From a virus, in the IMG/VR virus record IMGVR_UViG_3300027244_000003: a DNA stretch of 64,000 bases; one strand, given 5' to 3'. A program made the translations under genes and the position numbers. Each line of letters begins with the position of its first letter. The first letter of the stretch is position 1. Shown one piece after another: positions 31,125-41,087 of the stretch. The notes under the pieces were generated by a model. It had not been told where the DNA came from. It made no database searches and saw only the letters and a program-made list of their open reading frames with translations.

Positions 31125-31879
31125 AATACCGCACGATATTTATAAGTGATGTTCACTTAGGTACTCGTGATTGTCAAGCAGGTAAGTTAAATAATTTTCT
31201 TAAACACAATACATGCGACACACTGTATTTGGTTGGAGATATTATTGATGCATGGAAGATACAGCAGAACAAGTGGCGTTGGAAACAATCTCATACTAAC
31301 GTAGTTCGTAGAATCCTTGGCCATGCCAAACGTGGCACAAGGGTTATATACGTTGCAGGCAACCATGATGAGTTTTTAAGACCAATGATACCATATGGTT
31401 TCAGTTTTGGTCTAGTAGAAATACATAATCAAATAGAACATATCGGTGCTGATGGTAAGCATTACTTAGTTACACATGGTGATCTGTTCGATGGCATAAC
31501 ACGATTAGCACCTTGGATATCATTTTTAGGAGATAAATCATATGACTTCGTTCTTTCGCTCAATAGCAAGTTCAATTGGATACGTCATCGTATGGGTTTT
31601 GGGTACTTTAGCCTTAGCAAGTTCCTTAAACACAAAGTAAAAAAAGCTGTGGACTTTATGTTCCAGTTTGAAAAGAATCTAGCTGGATACTGTAAAAAAC
31701 GTGGCTTTGATGGAGTTATCTGCGGTCATATACACCACGCTGAAATCAAAGAGATCGATGGTGTGATATATATGAATGATGGGGATTGGGTTGAGTCATG
31801 TACTGCTTTAGTTGAGCATTACGATGGCAAGTGGGAAATTATTACATGGACCAAGGAAAAAGATGATGTTACAGGATAA
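31121..31879 (+). CDS. LpxH/PlcP-like metallophosphoesterase
   Basis: ISDVHLG, GDIID.W, GNHD, HGD, CGHIH, NDGDWVESCTAL. Confidence 0.85.
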   Translation: MKYRTIFISDVHLGTRDCQAGKLNNFLKHNTCDTLYLVGDIIDAWKIQQNKWRWKQSHTNVVRRILGHAKRGTRVIYVAGNHDEFLRPMIPYGFSFGLVEIHNQIEHIGADGKHYLVTHGDLFDGITRLAPWISFLGDKSYDFVLSLNSKFNWIRHRMGFGYFSLSKFLKHKVKKAVDFMFQFEKNLAGYCKKRGFDGVICGHIHHAEIKEIDGVIYMNDGDWVESCTALVEHYDGKWEIITWTKEKDDVTG

Positions 31880-32573
31880 AATTACCATAGTAGTTCCATG
31901 TAAGAATGAAGAGAACTACATTGCGCATTTGTTAATGCACTTGAGTCAACAACAAATAGGCAATACAAGAATTATTATTGCAGACTGCTCCACTGACAAT
32001 ACACGAGAAGTCATTCAAAAAATGAAGGGTGATCTTAATGTTGAGGTCATCGATGGTGGTCCAGTTTCCTTTGCCAAGAACAGTGGCGCTAAACTAGCAA
32101 CAACACCATACTTGCTGTTTATAGATAGTGATGTAAGATTTTTTGAAGATACAGTTATAACTGATTGTGTTAACATAATCGAAGAATGTCAATTAGATTT
32201 AGTTGGGTTGTATGTAAAATGTTATGATCGAGATAAAAGAGCACACATAGGCTTCATGATGTTTAATTTTGTAAACAGATTAATGCAGTATAAAGTACCT
32301 TTCGCAGTTGGTGCGTTTATGCTAACTCGTCGCGATAAATTTGAACAGCTTGGTGGGTTCTCTGAGAAGTATGGAACCAGTGAAGACTTCTTCTTATCTA
32401 AACAGTACGATGTTAACAAATTTAAATTAGTGGACCATTTCTTCGGGCAGGACAGCAGAAGGTTTCAGATTATGGGGTACTTTGGTATGGCATGGTATCT
32501 GATTAAAAATTTCTGGAACAGAAACAACGAAAACTATTGGAATAAAGTAGACTATTCGAAATATTGGAAATAA
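31863..32573 (+). CDS. Glycosyltransferase family 2
   Basis: IVVPCKNEE, D..STDNT, FIDSD, GGF...ED. Confidence 0.85.
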   Translation: MMLQDKITIVVPCKNEENYIAHLLMHLSQQQIGNTRIIIADCSTDNTREVIQKMKGDLNVEVIDGGPVSFAKNSGAKLATTPYLLFIDSDVRFFEDTVITDCVNIIEECQLDLVGLYVKCYDRDKRAHIGFMMFNFVNRLMQYKVPFAVGAFMLTRRDKFEQLGGFSEKYGTSEDFFLSKQYDVNKFKLVDHFFGQDSRRFQIMGYFGMAWYLIKNFWNRNNENYWNKVDYSKYWK

Positions 32574-33224
32574 ATGAAAACCCTTGCTTTGTTTATGCGA
32601 CATCCAGAATGTTCTACGGATTGCGCATATGCAATGGTGCATGCATTATCCTCTGAGTACCAAATTCGTATATTCGAAGAGAAGGAGTTGGATGATGATA
32701 ATTTCTTTGAGCATCTTGATGTTATTGCTTTTCCTGGTGGTATCGGGAATAGTGACTCTTATCCTAATTTCTTCACTCGAACAAGAGCGAATCGAATCGC
32801 CAGATTCTTGGAATGTGGTGGTCACTATCTTGGCATTTGCATGGGTGCTTATTGGGCTGGAAGCCGTTATTTCGATATACTTGATGATGTCAACCCTGTT
32901 CAATATATAAAGCAACTAAATGCAGATGTAAAAAGAAGCTACGGAACAGTAGCTTCAGTCACATGGAAAGACCAAAAAGAAGAAATGTACTTCTATGATG
33001 GTTGTGCACTAATTGGCGATGAAACTAAATTTAAAACTATTGCAAGATATAGCAATGGTGATCCGATGGCAATCATCCAAGGTAGAATCGGTATCATTGG
33101 TTGCCATCCAGAAGCACCACTTTATTGGTACGAGAAACCTTGGTATTACATAAATAAACACTACCATGGTGGAAAACATCATGAACTATTGCTAGACTTT
33201 GTGAACGAACTTACAGAGAAATAG
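32574..33224 (+). CDS. BPL-N-like class I glutamine amidotransferase-fold protein
   Basis: FPGG, YLGICMGAY, HPE. Confidence 0.75.
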   Translation: MKTLALFMRHPECSTDCAYAMVHALSSEYQIRIFEEKELDDDNFFEHLDVIAFPGGIGNSDSYPNFFTRTRANRIARFLECGGHYLGICMGAYWAGSRYFDILDDVNPVQYIKQLNADVKRSYGTVASVTWKDQKEEMYFYDGCALIGDETKFKTIARYSNGDPMAIIQGRIGIIGCHPEAPLYWYEKPWYYINKHYHGGKHHELLLDFVNELTEK

Positions 33225-33236
33225 TTATTAGAAAAT

Positions 33237-33341
33237 AACCCTACTGTCTGTAAGGTTTTAAACCCCTGTAAGTTGTTGATACCACAGGGGTTTTTTGTCC
33301 TCCAAAAATGTATTGACTTTTATTTGACTTTAGAGCATAAT
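33237..33341 (+). promoter_or_regulatory. Early promoter module: 21-bp palindrome, terminator hairpin containing an IHF consensus, sigma70 promoter
   Basis: AACCCTAC-N5-GTAAGGTT (33237-57); AACCCCTGT/ACAGGGGTT hairpin plus T-tract (33261-96); TTGACT-17-CATAAT (33313-41). Confidence 0.7.
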
Positions 33342-33377
33342 AACTGTGTTAGGGTTGATTAAGGAAAAGGAATTGTG

Positions 33378-33551
33378 ATGACTATAAATGAATTGAATGT
33401 TGAATTGAATGATCTTGCAGAGCAAGAAAGAAACGCTGTTGCTGAGGCTGATTATGAATCATACATGGATCGAATGATGGCTGAACACAACATGCGACAG
33501 TTTGAAGCATCATCTTATGATGAAGATGCAGTATCATATGGAGAAATGTAA
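33378..33551 (+). CDS. Small acidic early protein (57 aa, not in ORF track)
   Basis: AAGGA SD; first ORF after the promoter; TAATG coupling to the next gene. Confidence 0.6.
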   Translation: MTINELNVELNDLAEQERNAVAEADYESYMDRMMAEHNMRQFEASSYDEDAVSYGEM

Positions 33552-33778
33552 TGAGTGACTTGCAATTAGAAATTGTTGATCTTTATGAAGAAGGGATGAA
33601 ACCCATCTCAATCGCTGGGTTGTTAAAGATCCCATTGGAAATGGTGTACGACGCCATTCAGGCATTTGAAGAAGGGTTCGATGTTGACGAATCCATGGAT
33701 GGTGACCATGAATCTGCATTGGCATCAGCAGGGTTTGGAACAGATGAAGATTATGGATATTATGGAGATAATGAGTGA
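33551..33778 (+). CDS. Small acidic early protein
   Basis: HTH-like N-terminus; DGDHESALASAGFGTDEDYG tail. Confidence 0.6.
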   Translation: MSDLQLEIVDLYEEGMKPISIAGLLKIPLEMVYDAIQAFEEGFDVDESMDGDHESALASAGFGTDEDYGYYGDNE

Positions 33779-34077
33779 ATAAATTTGCAATGATGAAACA
33801 AAAGAATGCAATCGACAGTGAGATTCTGTTGATTACGCAAGAAGAATGTGCTGAGGTAACTCAGGCTATCAGTAAGGTATTTCGATTCGGTATGGATGAT
33901 GAACACAATGGGCAAACCAACCGAGAACATCTTGAAGAAGAAATCGGTGACCTCATGTGTATGATTGATCTACTGATCGAAAATGGAATTGTTAGCGAGT
34001 CTGCAGTAATGACTGCAAAGAATGAGAAGTTGAATAAACTGATGACATGGTCTAGTATTTTTAAGGAAACTGTATGA
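33775..34077 (+). CDS. MazG-like NTP pyrophosphohydrolase
   Basis: QEECAEV...EEEIGDL. Confidence 0.75.
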   Translation: MNKFAMMKQKNAIDSEILLITQEECAEVTQAISKVFRFGMDDEHNGQTNREHLEEEIGDLMCMIDLLIENGIVSESAVMTAKNEKLNKLMTWSSIFKETV

Positions 34078-34301
34078 ACGAAGTTACAATCCATGGCGTA
34101 AGTAAGCGTCAGAAGCGTATGTTGAACATCATGTGGAATCTTGACTCGGAGGAAGATTACTTTGAGTGGTACAATTCTCTAGATGAGAATCTACAGAAAG
34201 AAGCTGAGTTGTTGCAACGTCTGATCATCATGGCAGAACTGGACAACGAAGTACTTAATACATCTGGTGCCAAGGAACTATTAAAGAAATTTGCTTTGTA
34301 A
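34074..34301 (+). CDS. hypothetical protein
   Basis: Coupled small ORF. Confidence 0.6.
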   Translation: MNEVTIHGVSKRQKRMLNIMWNLDSEEDYFEWYNSLDENLQKEAELLQRLIIMAELDNEVLNTSGAKELLKKFAL

Positions 34302-34310
34302 GAGGATATC

Positions 34311-34454
34311 GTGTATAATAAACCATTGAAACCTAGAAATCTTGTAGCAAAAGATTTGCGTACTCCGAAATACCGCATGCGTGTAGTAGAGAGTAAGGTT
34401 CAGTACATTCGACAACCAAAGCACAGAAAGGCAGACCATGGACTTGGAGTATGA
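34311..34454 (+). CDS. Small basic ArfA-like protein (47 aa, not in ORF track)
   Basis: GAGGA SD then GTG; NLVAKDLRTPKYRMRVVESKVQYIRQPKH. Confidence 0.5.
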   Translation: MYNKPLKPRNLVAKDLRTPKYRMRVVESKVQYIRQPKHRKADHGLGV

Positions 34455-34683
34455 GATTCATCGAGAAGGTTTAACACGAACAGTTAAAATTAAGAGTCAT
34501 GCATATGATTTGATTGAGTTTACTATTCGTCAGAAACTTATTACCGAAACAGGGAAAGAATTATGCAATAGTGGTCATACATCTTTCTTTGAGACTAAAG
34601 AATTCGTTGAATTCTTTGGACCAATTATTAATGAAATGAAAGTGAGATTAGACAATGGCATTCCAAACAGTATTCAAGAATGA
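34438..34683 (+). CDS. hypothetical protein
   Basis: ORF in early cluster. Confidence 0.55.
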   Translation: MDLEYEIHREGLTRTVKIKSHAYDLIEFTIRQKLITETGKELCNSGHTSFFETKEFVEFFGPIINEMKVRLDNGIPNSIQE

Positions 34684-34963
34684 AAAAGAGTTTGAAGAAT
34701 TTAAAACATGGACAATTGGAGTTCTCCACGATGAACACATCAAAGATCTGTGCGTTACTTTTACCAAAAAAGATGGTACCGAAAGAGCAATGCGTTGCAC
34801 CCTTGTCGAAGGAAACATTCCAGCAGACAAGAAACCAACATCCGAAGCCAGCACTGCAGGTCGCAAGACTAATGGATCCGCAATGGCAGTCTTCGATACA
34901 GAAAAGTCTGAGTGGAGATCTTTCCGCTGGGATTCAGTAACTAAAGTGGAGTTTACATTATGA
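34655..34963 (+). CDS. SH3/WYL_2-like (DUF2693-like) protein
   Basis: VTFTKKDGTER.M.CT...FD.EK..WRSFR. Confidence 0.7.
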   Translation: MAFQTVFKNEKEFEEFKTWTIGVLHDEHIKDLCVTFTKKDGTERAMRCTLVEGNIPADKKPTSEASTAGRKTNGSAMAVFDTEKSEWRSFRWDSVTKVEFTL

Positions 34964-35151
34964 AATCTAGTATTTTTGTTTGGCTTGGTGTCATTCTCGT
35001 TCTTATTGTTCTTGCACCACTTGCAACAATCTGGTCACTGAACACATTGTTCCCGATTCTCAACATTCCAATGGGATTCGATACGTGGCTTGCATCCCTA
35101 ATCCTAGCTGGAGTAGTGGGTGGAACAACTGGGGTTTCGTTTAAGAAATAA
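34960..35151 (+). CDS. Small membrane protein
   Basis: Two hydrophobic segments, IWSLNTLFP. Confidence 0.6.
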   Translation: MKSSIFVWLGVILVLIVLAPLATIWSLNTLFPILNIPMGFDTWLASLILAGVVGGTTGVSFKK

Positions 35152-35204
35152 CCCTACACTGTTGAGGGTTATTGTTTGACACTAATCGTGCTTTGAGGTA
35201 TAAT
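35150..35204 (+). promoter_or_regulatory. Palindrome plus consensus sigma70 promoter
   Basis: AACCCTAC-N5-TGAGGGTT (35150-70); TTGACA-17-TATAAT (35176-204). Confidence 0.8.
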
Positions 35205-35232
35205 AAATACTTATTATGGAGGTTCCAAACCT

Positions 35233-36336
35233 ATGAATGCAAATGCCGCAAAACGAAGAGCGAAGAACAATGCGATCCTCAACAAGATCGTTGATGAGCC
35301 AGTGCTCACAGAAGAAAATTATAATTCAGATCTTAACCATGCACTTGGCTGGTACAATATAAACTTTGACGAGAAGAAACGTCGTAAGAGTGCACTTGAA
35401 TACTTTGCCAAGGCTGGACAAAAAGCTGAAGTCATTGCAATCAATCGTGCCACTGATTTTGAAGTCAGATCTCTTGGAGTAGTCTGTCGTCTTGCATCAC
35501 GTGATCAACCACTTAGCGAAAAGCACCAGAATTTTATTTCTGACACAGCATCAGAATTGGTTCGTAAGTACAAACTAATCAAAGAAGTTAAAAAAGCAGA
35601 AGTTGTTTCAACTCCAGTCGTTTCTATACAAGAACGAATGGAAGAATTAGCACGTAAACATGCAGCAGAATTCGATGGAGCAATAGATGACTTTATCACA
35701 ACGAAGACAACGCAGTTCTCGGCAAAGAATTATCTACTTTCAAATGAAGTATCAGCACCAGTTGCAAAACGAATTGGAGAATTTTATGTACCACAACTCC
35801 AAGAAATCGAAGACGCAATTGCAGGAAACGACGATCAACTTGTCGAAGGATATTCATTCTTAACGAAAAAAGAATTGAAGAAGTATGCTGAGTTTTTGCG
35901 TGGCATTGTAGCTGACTGCCAACAACAGGTTCAGACTGCTAAAGCAAACAGGTCTCCACGTAAACGCAAAGCACCACCACCATCTAAGGTTGTGGCACGT
36001 ATGAAATTCATGCGTGAGTTTGTTGAACTAAAACTCAAGTCTTGCAAGCCAGAAGATATACTTGCCTCAAATGAACTTTGGGTGTATAATACTAAGTATC
36101 GTAAGGTTACTGTATACAAAGCAGAGGGTGGAACACTTTCTGTTAAAGGAACTACGATCCTTGGCTTTGATGTCAAGAATTCCAAGACACTTATGTTACG
36201 TAAGCCAGAAGAATTCTTTAAAGGACTTGCGATGGGCAAGCGTGCATTGAATGGTGCAATGAAAACAATAACAACAAAACCGACTGTACCAAATGGTCGC
36301 ATCAATGAAGAGTGTATTCTTCTCGGAGCATTTTAA
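35233..36336 (+). CDS. Conserved T4-like hypothetical protein
   Basis: LVEGYS, WVYNTKYRK, SVKGTTI, LRKP, NGRIN. Confidence 0.75.
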   Translation: MNANAAKRRAKNNAILNKIVDEPVLTEENYNSDLNHALGWYNINFDEKKRRKSALEYFAKAGQKAEVIAINRATDFEVRSLGVVCRLASRDQPLSEKHQNFISDTASELVRKYKLIKEVKKAEVVSTPVVSIQERMEELARKHAAEFDGAIDDFITTKTTQFSAKNYLLSNEVSAPVAKRIGEFYVPQLQEIEDAIAGNDDQLVEGYSFLTKKELKKYAEFLRGIVADCQQQVQTAKANRSPRKRKAPPPSKVVARMKFMREFVELKLKSCKPEDILASNELWVYNTKYRKVTVYKAEGGTLSVKGTTILGFDVKNSKTLMLRKPEEFFKGLAMGKRALNGAMKTITTKPTVPNGRINEECILLGAF

Positions 36337-37055
36337 TGGATTTTACATATATTGATGAAGGCATCAATGCTGTCGTCATCGATAATTTCTTTAATGAAAA
36401 TCAACTTAAAGAAATTATGACTGAGTTAAAATGGTTGACTAAAGAAAGTGTATTAGTTGGAGAGAAACAACTCGATACTGCAGAGAATGAGTATGGTGCA
36501 TTGGCTTCCAAAAGTGGAGTGTTTTTAGAATCTGTTTTCAATAACTGGAGACACTCAGCATTAATTTCTTCATCAGTACATCAGATGAATTCAAAAGAAT
36601 TTCATAATGGATTGATGTCTCACAATGAATTATATAAAACTTTATTTTATTGTAATCATCGATCTCATCTTCTTTCTTACTACCAGAATGCAGATTACTA
36701 TGGTGCGCATTGTGATGCGTCATTCTATACAATGTTAAGTTACTTTCATACCGAACCTAAGAAGTTTAAGGGTGGCGAAATAATTTTGAGTTCTTATACT
36801 CAAGAAAAGAAAGCCACTATTGAAATTAAACCAAATAGGATTGTATTGATTACATCCAACACATGGCACGAAGTAGCAAAATTAGAGTCTGATGCCAACA
36901 TGCCAAAGTATAGTGGTGATGGAAGATATTGTAATGCTATATTCTTGACTAGAATTGATGATAAACAATGGGTACAAGATCCAAATGGTGGTGGTAAATA
37001 TATTGATAACCCAGAAGTTGGTAAATATTCTGCAGATAAAGTGAGAAAGAAATGA
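36336..37055 (+). CDS. 2OG-Fe(II) oxygenase (prolyl-hydroxylase-like)
   Basis: YY..HCD, FKGGE, HEV, GRY. Confidence 0.75.
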   Translation: MDFTYIDEGINAVVIDNFFNENQLKEIMTELKWLTKESVLVGEKQLDTAENEYGALASKSGVFLESVFNNWRHSALISSSVHQMNSKEFHNGLMSHNELYKTLFYCNHRSHLLSYYQNADYYGAHCDASFYTMLSYFHTEPKKFKGGEIILSSYTQEKKATIEIKPNRIVLITSNTWHEVAKLESDANMPKYSGDGRYCNAIFLTRIDDKQWVQDPNGGGKYIDNPEVGKYSADKVRKK

Positions 37056-37945
37056 TATTAATTGATTATTCGCAGGTTGCCCTCAGTGCTATCTTAACCT
37101 TCCAGCGAGAGTTGAAGGGTACAGAAAGCGAGATTAAGAATTTGATTCGCCATGTAACACTATCCACAATCAAATCATACAAGAAAAAGTATGGTAAAGA
37201 ATATGGAGAAGTCATTGTATGTTGTGATGGTCGTAAGTACTGGCGCAGGGAATTCTTTCAATACTATAAAGATGGTAGAAAGAAAACACGTGAAGCATCT
37301 GACTTAGATTGGCACTTGATCTTTGATACACTTAATGAGATGCGTCAGGATATCGCACAGCACTTTCCGTATCGTGTAATGCATCTAGATCGGTGCGAAG
37401 CAGATGACATCATTGCAGTACTCACAGAGTGGGCTCAAAACAATCAACTAGTACAAGAAGGATTGGTTGAGGATCCACAAAAGATTCTTATCCTTTCTTC
37501 TGACAAAGACTTCAAACAGTTGCAGTTATATCCTACTGTGAAGCAATGGTCACCGATGCAAAAGAAATACATTACTGCATCTCAGAGAGAAATCATCGAG
37601 TATAAAATCGAACACATTGTTAAAGGTGATGCTGGTGATGGTGTTCCAAATATCCTAAGCAAAGACGATGTATTCTCTTCTGGCGATAGACAAAAACCAG
37701 TCAGTGCAAAACGACTACAAGAATTCTTTGATAATGGATTTATTGCATGTAAGAATGACGAAGAACGTCGTAACTGGCATAGGAATTCTACTCTGGTTGA
37801 CTTCAAATTTATTCCAGAGCAGATTAAATCTGACATTATCGCAGAGTACCTAAGTAATAAACCTACTGGTGACAAAATGTCGATCATGAACTACCTCATG
37901 GAACATCGTTGCCGATTTTTGTTAGATGAGATTGAGGACTTTTAA
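37052..37945 (+). CDS. rnh: T4-type RNase H (5'-3' exonuclease)
   Basis: ILIDYSQ, YWRR...YK..RK, EADDII, SSDKDF.QL, GDAGDGVPN. Confidence 0.95.
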   Translation: MILIDYSQVALSAILTFQRELKGTESEIKNLIRHVTLSTIKSYKKKYGKEYGEVIVCCDGRKYWRREFFQYYKDGRKKTREASDLDWHLIFDTLNEMRQDIAQHFPYRVMHLDRCEADDIIAVLTEWAQNNQLVQEGLVEDPQKILILSSDKDFKQLQLYPTVKQWSPMQKKYITASQREIIEYKIEHIVKGDAGDGVPNILSKDDVFSSGDRQKPVSAKRLQEFFDNGFIACKNDEERRNWHRNSTLVDFKFIPEQIKSDIIAEYLSNKPTGDKMSIMNYLMEHRCRFLLDEIEDF

Positions 37946-38377
37946 ATGAGAAAATATATTGTACAGATCCTTCAGGAAATCCAAGATAATCCTAAGGTAA
38001 TTGAAACCTATAAAGATGATGTTCCATTAAGGATTCTTTTCGAGTACGCATTCCTTTCAGAAAAGAAAATGATTCTTCCTGAAGGTGAACCACCATACAA
38101 ACCTGCCGATGAACCATTGGGTATGACACCAACCAATTTGTTCAGTGAGATGAAGAAACTTTATATTTTCTGCCGTGCAGATCTTACACCACTAAAGCGT
38201 GAGAGTTTATTCATTTCTTTCATCGAAGGATTGAAGAAAGAAGAAGCCAGTATTATCATTGCAGCCAAAGACCAGACTTTACATAAATTGTATCCTAAAA
38301 TTACTAGGAAATTAGTCAGTGACGCTGGATTTATTCCTCCACTCCCTAAGAAAGTCAAAGAAAGTGCAACATCTTAA
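37946..38377 (+). CDS. Conserved T4-like hypothetical protein
   Basis: LPEGEPPY, KRE.LFI..IEGL. Confidence 0.7.
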   Translation: MRKYIVQILQEIQDNPKVIETYKDDVPLRILFEYAFLSEKKMILPEGEPPYKPADEPLGMTPTNLFSEMKKLYIFCRADLTPLKRESLFISFIEGLKKEEASIIIAAKDQTLHKLYPKITRKLVSDAGFIPPLPKKVKESATS

Positions 38378-38594
38378 ACCCGAGGATAGAGATTTTCTAT
38401 TGTTTTTGATGTCATTAAAGGATGACGAATTTACGATGTTATTAAATAGTATGTCTGCCGATGATTGTATGAGAGTCGCTGTCATGATTCAAGAAGCAAA
38501 AGATGAATTCTATGATGACGTAATGGAAGCAGAAGGTATGCCTGATGCATTTGAGTTAATGAGAAAGATCAAGGCTAACATAGCCGATAACTGA
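38364..38594 (+). CDS. hypothetical protein
   Basis: ORF; start codon uncertain. Confidence 0.5.
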   Translation: MQHLKPEDRDFLLFLMSLKDDEFTMLLNSMSADDCMRVAVMIQEAKDEFYDDVMEAEGMPDAFELMRKIKANIADN

Positions 38595-38608
38595 GAGGAA
38601 AATATATT

Positions 38609-39328
38609 ATGCCTAATTGGTGTTACAATACTGTGACTCTGTCACATGAAGATAAAACTAAAATTGATGCCTTCGAAGAAGAACTTCAAAAAGAAAAATC
38701 TGAGCCACTGAATCATCTGCGTCCAAATCCAGATGGCGCATGGGACTATGGTTGGTCAGTTGAAAACTGGGGTACAAAGTGGGATGTTTCCATGCAAGAT
38801 TGGGAACGAGAAGATGATAATACTATCGTAATGCATTTTGATTCTGCATGGGCTCCTCCAACCACACTTTACGAATTTCTTTTCGGAGAAGGATGGGATG
38901 TTCGTGCATTATATCATGAACCTGGAATGGGGTTCATTGGTAAGTATGAAGATGGATGTGATGAATACTATGACTATGATATTAGCGATCGTGATTCAAT
39001 TGAAGATCTGCCAGAAGATCTAATTGATTTTGGTGGCTTAATGGATGAAGTTGAGCGTTACGAAGAAGAACAAGAAGAAGAACGTCTTTCTGAATTAGAA
39101 CGTACTGATTGGTTCAATGCATCAGTAAATCCTGTTCATATTGGTCGCTACGAAGTTCAAACTGATGCTTGGCCATATCCACAATATTGTAATTGGGATG
39201 GTAAAACATGGAGTCGCTGGGATGGTGATGATGTAGTAGTTACTCTATGGCGTGGATGGGTTGGCGAAGAATGGGATGCTGCAAAGGCATTGGATGATAT
39301 TCTATTCGAACAAGCAGAAACTAAATGA
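38609..39328 (+). CDS. DUF1281/YubB-like protein
   Basis: MPNWC.N, NWGTKWD, FDSAWAPP, YHEPGMGF. Confidence 0.75.
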   Translation: MPNWCYNTVTLSHEDKTKIDAFEEELQKEKSEPLNHLRPNPDGAWDYGWSVENWGTKWDVSMQDWEREDDNTIVMHFDSAWAPPTTLYEFLFGEGWDVRALYHEPGMGFIGKYEDGCDEYYDYDISDRDSIEDLPEDLIDFGGLMDEVERYEEEQEEERLSELERTDWFNASVNPVHIGRYEVQTDAWPYPQYCNWDGKTWSRWDGDDVVVTLWRGWVGEEWDAAKALDDILFEQAETK

Positions 39329-40125
39329 TATTCAATTTTAAAAAGAGTACGATAACTGTTGATTGTTTCACACACAGTAGAGCAGCATATGAGTTGTATA
39401 CAATTCGTAAGGCTGTTCGATACTATCCAGAAACAATTAAAAAGATGGAACCATCTATCCCAATTATTGATAGAGAAAGTGGCATCACAATACAAACACC
39501 AACACTAAAGAAGTGCACTGGACTAAATGGTTTGTATACTAAAGGTGCTATAATTCCACTGTGGATGGATTTTATTTGTGAACCAAAAACACATGGACAA
39601 GATAAGTCTAGATTGGGACTAACTGATCAGAATAAAGTTCATAGTCTTCAAACTCATAGTCATGATCAGTTTCCAGGAATGTTTAATGACTACTATCATA
39701 TGAAATTCGGTGGAGTTTGGAACATCGTAGAAAATACTGGAATCAAATTTATATGGACTCCTGCTATCTGGAACTTAGAAGAACATGATCTAAACGATAA
39801 GATTATCATTCCATATGGACTAACATATTATGATGAACAACCACAAACTAATCTTAATATTTTTGTCAAAAAGGATGCGCCAAACTTTATCTTGAAGGCA
39901 GGTACTCCAATGATTCATATCATTCCTTTGACCGAAAGGGAAGTAGAATATAAATGTCATCTTGTAGATTTCGAGACATGGGTTACTAAAAATAAAATCC
40001 CACCAGATTTACCAATGGTTTATGAAGGTACTCGTAATGCAAGATATAGAAAAGAAAAAGCATTTCAAGATAATATCGAGAAAGAAGAAAAGAAAGCCAA
40101 GTGTCCATTCGGGTTCGGAAGATGA
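39325..40125 (+). CDS. hypothetical protein (dUTPase-like beta fold possible)
   Basis: TLKKC.G...IPLW.D, I..GTPMIHIIPL, C-terminal KCPF. Confidence 0.55.
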   Translation: MIFNFKKSTITVDCFTHSRAAYELYTIRKAVRYYPETIKKMEPSIPIIDRESGITIQTPTLKKCTGLNGLYTKGAIIPLWMDFICEPKTHGQDKSRLGLTDQNKVHSLQTHSHDQFPGMFNDYYHMKFGGVWNIVENTGIKFIWTPAIWNLEEHDLNDKIIIPYGLTYYDEQPQTNLNIFVKKDAPNFILKAGTPMIHIIPLTEREVEYKCHLVDFETWVTKNKIPPDLPMVYEGTRNARYRKEKAFQDNIEKEEKKAKCPFGFGR

Positions 40126-40553
40126 AACAAAAATGGATTGATGCATTTATGGACACAGCTGATCGATTTGCTCAGCTGTCGAGTTCAAGACGTTTGCATG
40201 TTGGTGCGGTAGTCGTAAAAGATAATCGTATCATATCAATTGGTTATAATGGAACACCTGCTGGTTGGGATAACAACTGTGAAAATGAATTTGGATTAGA
40301 TTTTAATGGTAATCCAACTTTGGTAACGAAAGATGAGGTAATACATGCTGAAGCAAATGCGATCTCTAAGTTGGCAAGATCGAACGACTCTGGGCTTGGT
40401 GGTGCTATGTTTATTACTCATGCTCCTTGTGTGGATTGTGCCAAGTTAATTTATGGAGCAGGTATAAATACAGTGTATTATCGAAATTCATATCGAGATA
40501 CAAGTGGATTAGATTTTTTAATTAAATGTAATATAGGAGTTGAACAAGTATGA
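40122..40553 (+). CDS. cd: dCMP deaminase
   Basis: GYNG, HAEANAI, PCVDCAK. Confidence 0.9.
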   Translation: MKQKWIDAFMDTADRFAQLSSSRRLHVGAVVVKDNRIISIGYNGTPAGWDNNCENEFGLDFNGNPTLVTKDEVIHAEANAISKLARSNDSGLGGAMFITHAPCVDCAKLIYGAGINTVYYRNSYRDTSGLDFLIKCNIGVEQV

Positions 40554-40783
40554 AATTTTATGAGAAAGCACTACGTAGTTTGGGTAAGGTTGTCACATGG
40601 CGTATTCTAGTGACCATCACTAACTTTATCGGTGGTTACATAGCATCTGGATCTTGGATGGTTGGTCTTGGTGTTGTTTCGTTTGCGCTAGTGGTGAACA
40701 GTATCCTATACTTCTTCCACGAACGTGCATGGAACAAAATTGATGCGGGTAAGGAAATTAAAGAAGATGGAACCAATTCTTAA
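40550..40783 (+). CDS. DUF2061 membrane protein
   Basis: RSL.K..TWR...YFFHERAW. Confidence 0.75.
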   Translation: MKFYEKALRSLGKVVTWRILVTITNFIGGYIASGSWMVGLGVVSFALVVNSILYFFHERAWNKIDAGKEIKEDGTNS

Positions 40784-41084
40784 AGGATGGGTGTGGAACA
40801 TTCCATTTTATCCATGTTCGCTTAATGGATGTAGAACTGTAAAAAGTATTTTCTGGTATGATTCTTCAAATGATTTAGAGTTTACCAAACATACTACAGA
40901 GTATCAGATTGTAGTTCCTGAGTCAGAGATAATTATATCTCCTGTTGATCTTTTATATGTTCGTAAAAATTTAGATAGAATATCAAGAGAAAATATACAG
41001 ATAATCACTCCAATAAATGGTAAGTGGGTTGTTTGTGATATTCCATGGCAGGAATCTAGTAAATCGTTTTTGTCTTTAGGTTAA
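40767..41084 (+). CDS. hypothetical protein
   Basis: Coupled ORF. Confidence 0.5.
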   Translation: MEPILKGWVWNIPFYPCSLNGCRTVKSIFWYDSSNDLEFTKHTTEYQIVVPESEIIISPVDLLYVRKNLDRISRENIQIITPINGKWVVCDIPWQESSKSFLSLG

Positions 41085-41087
41085 AGC

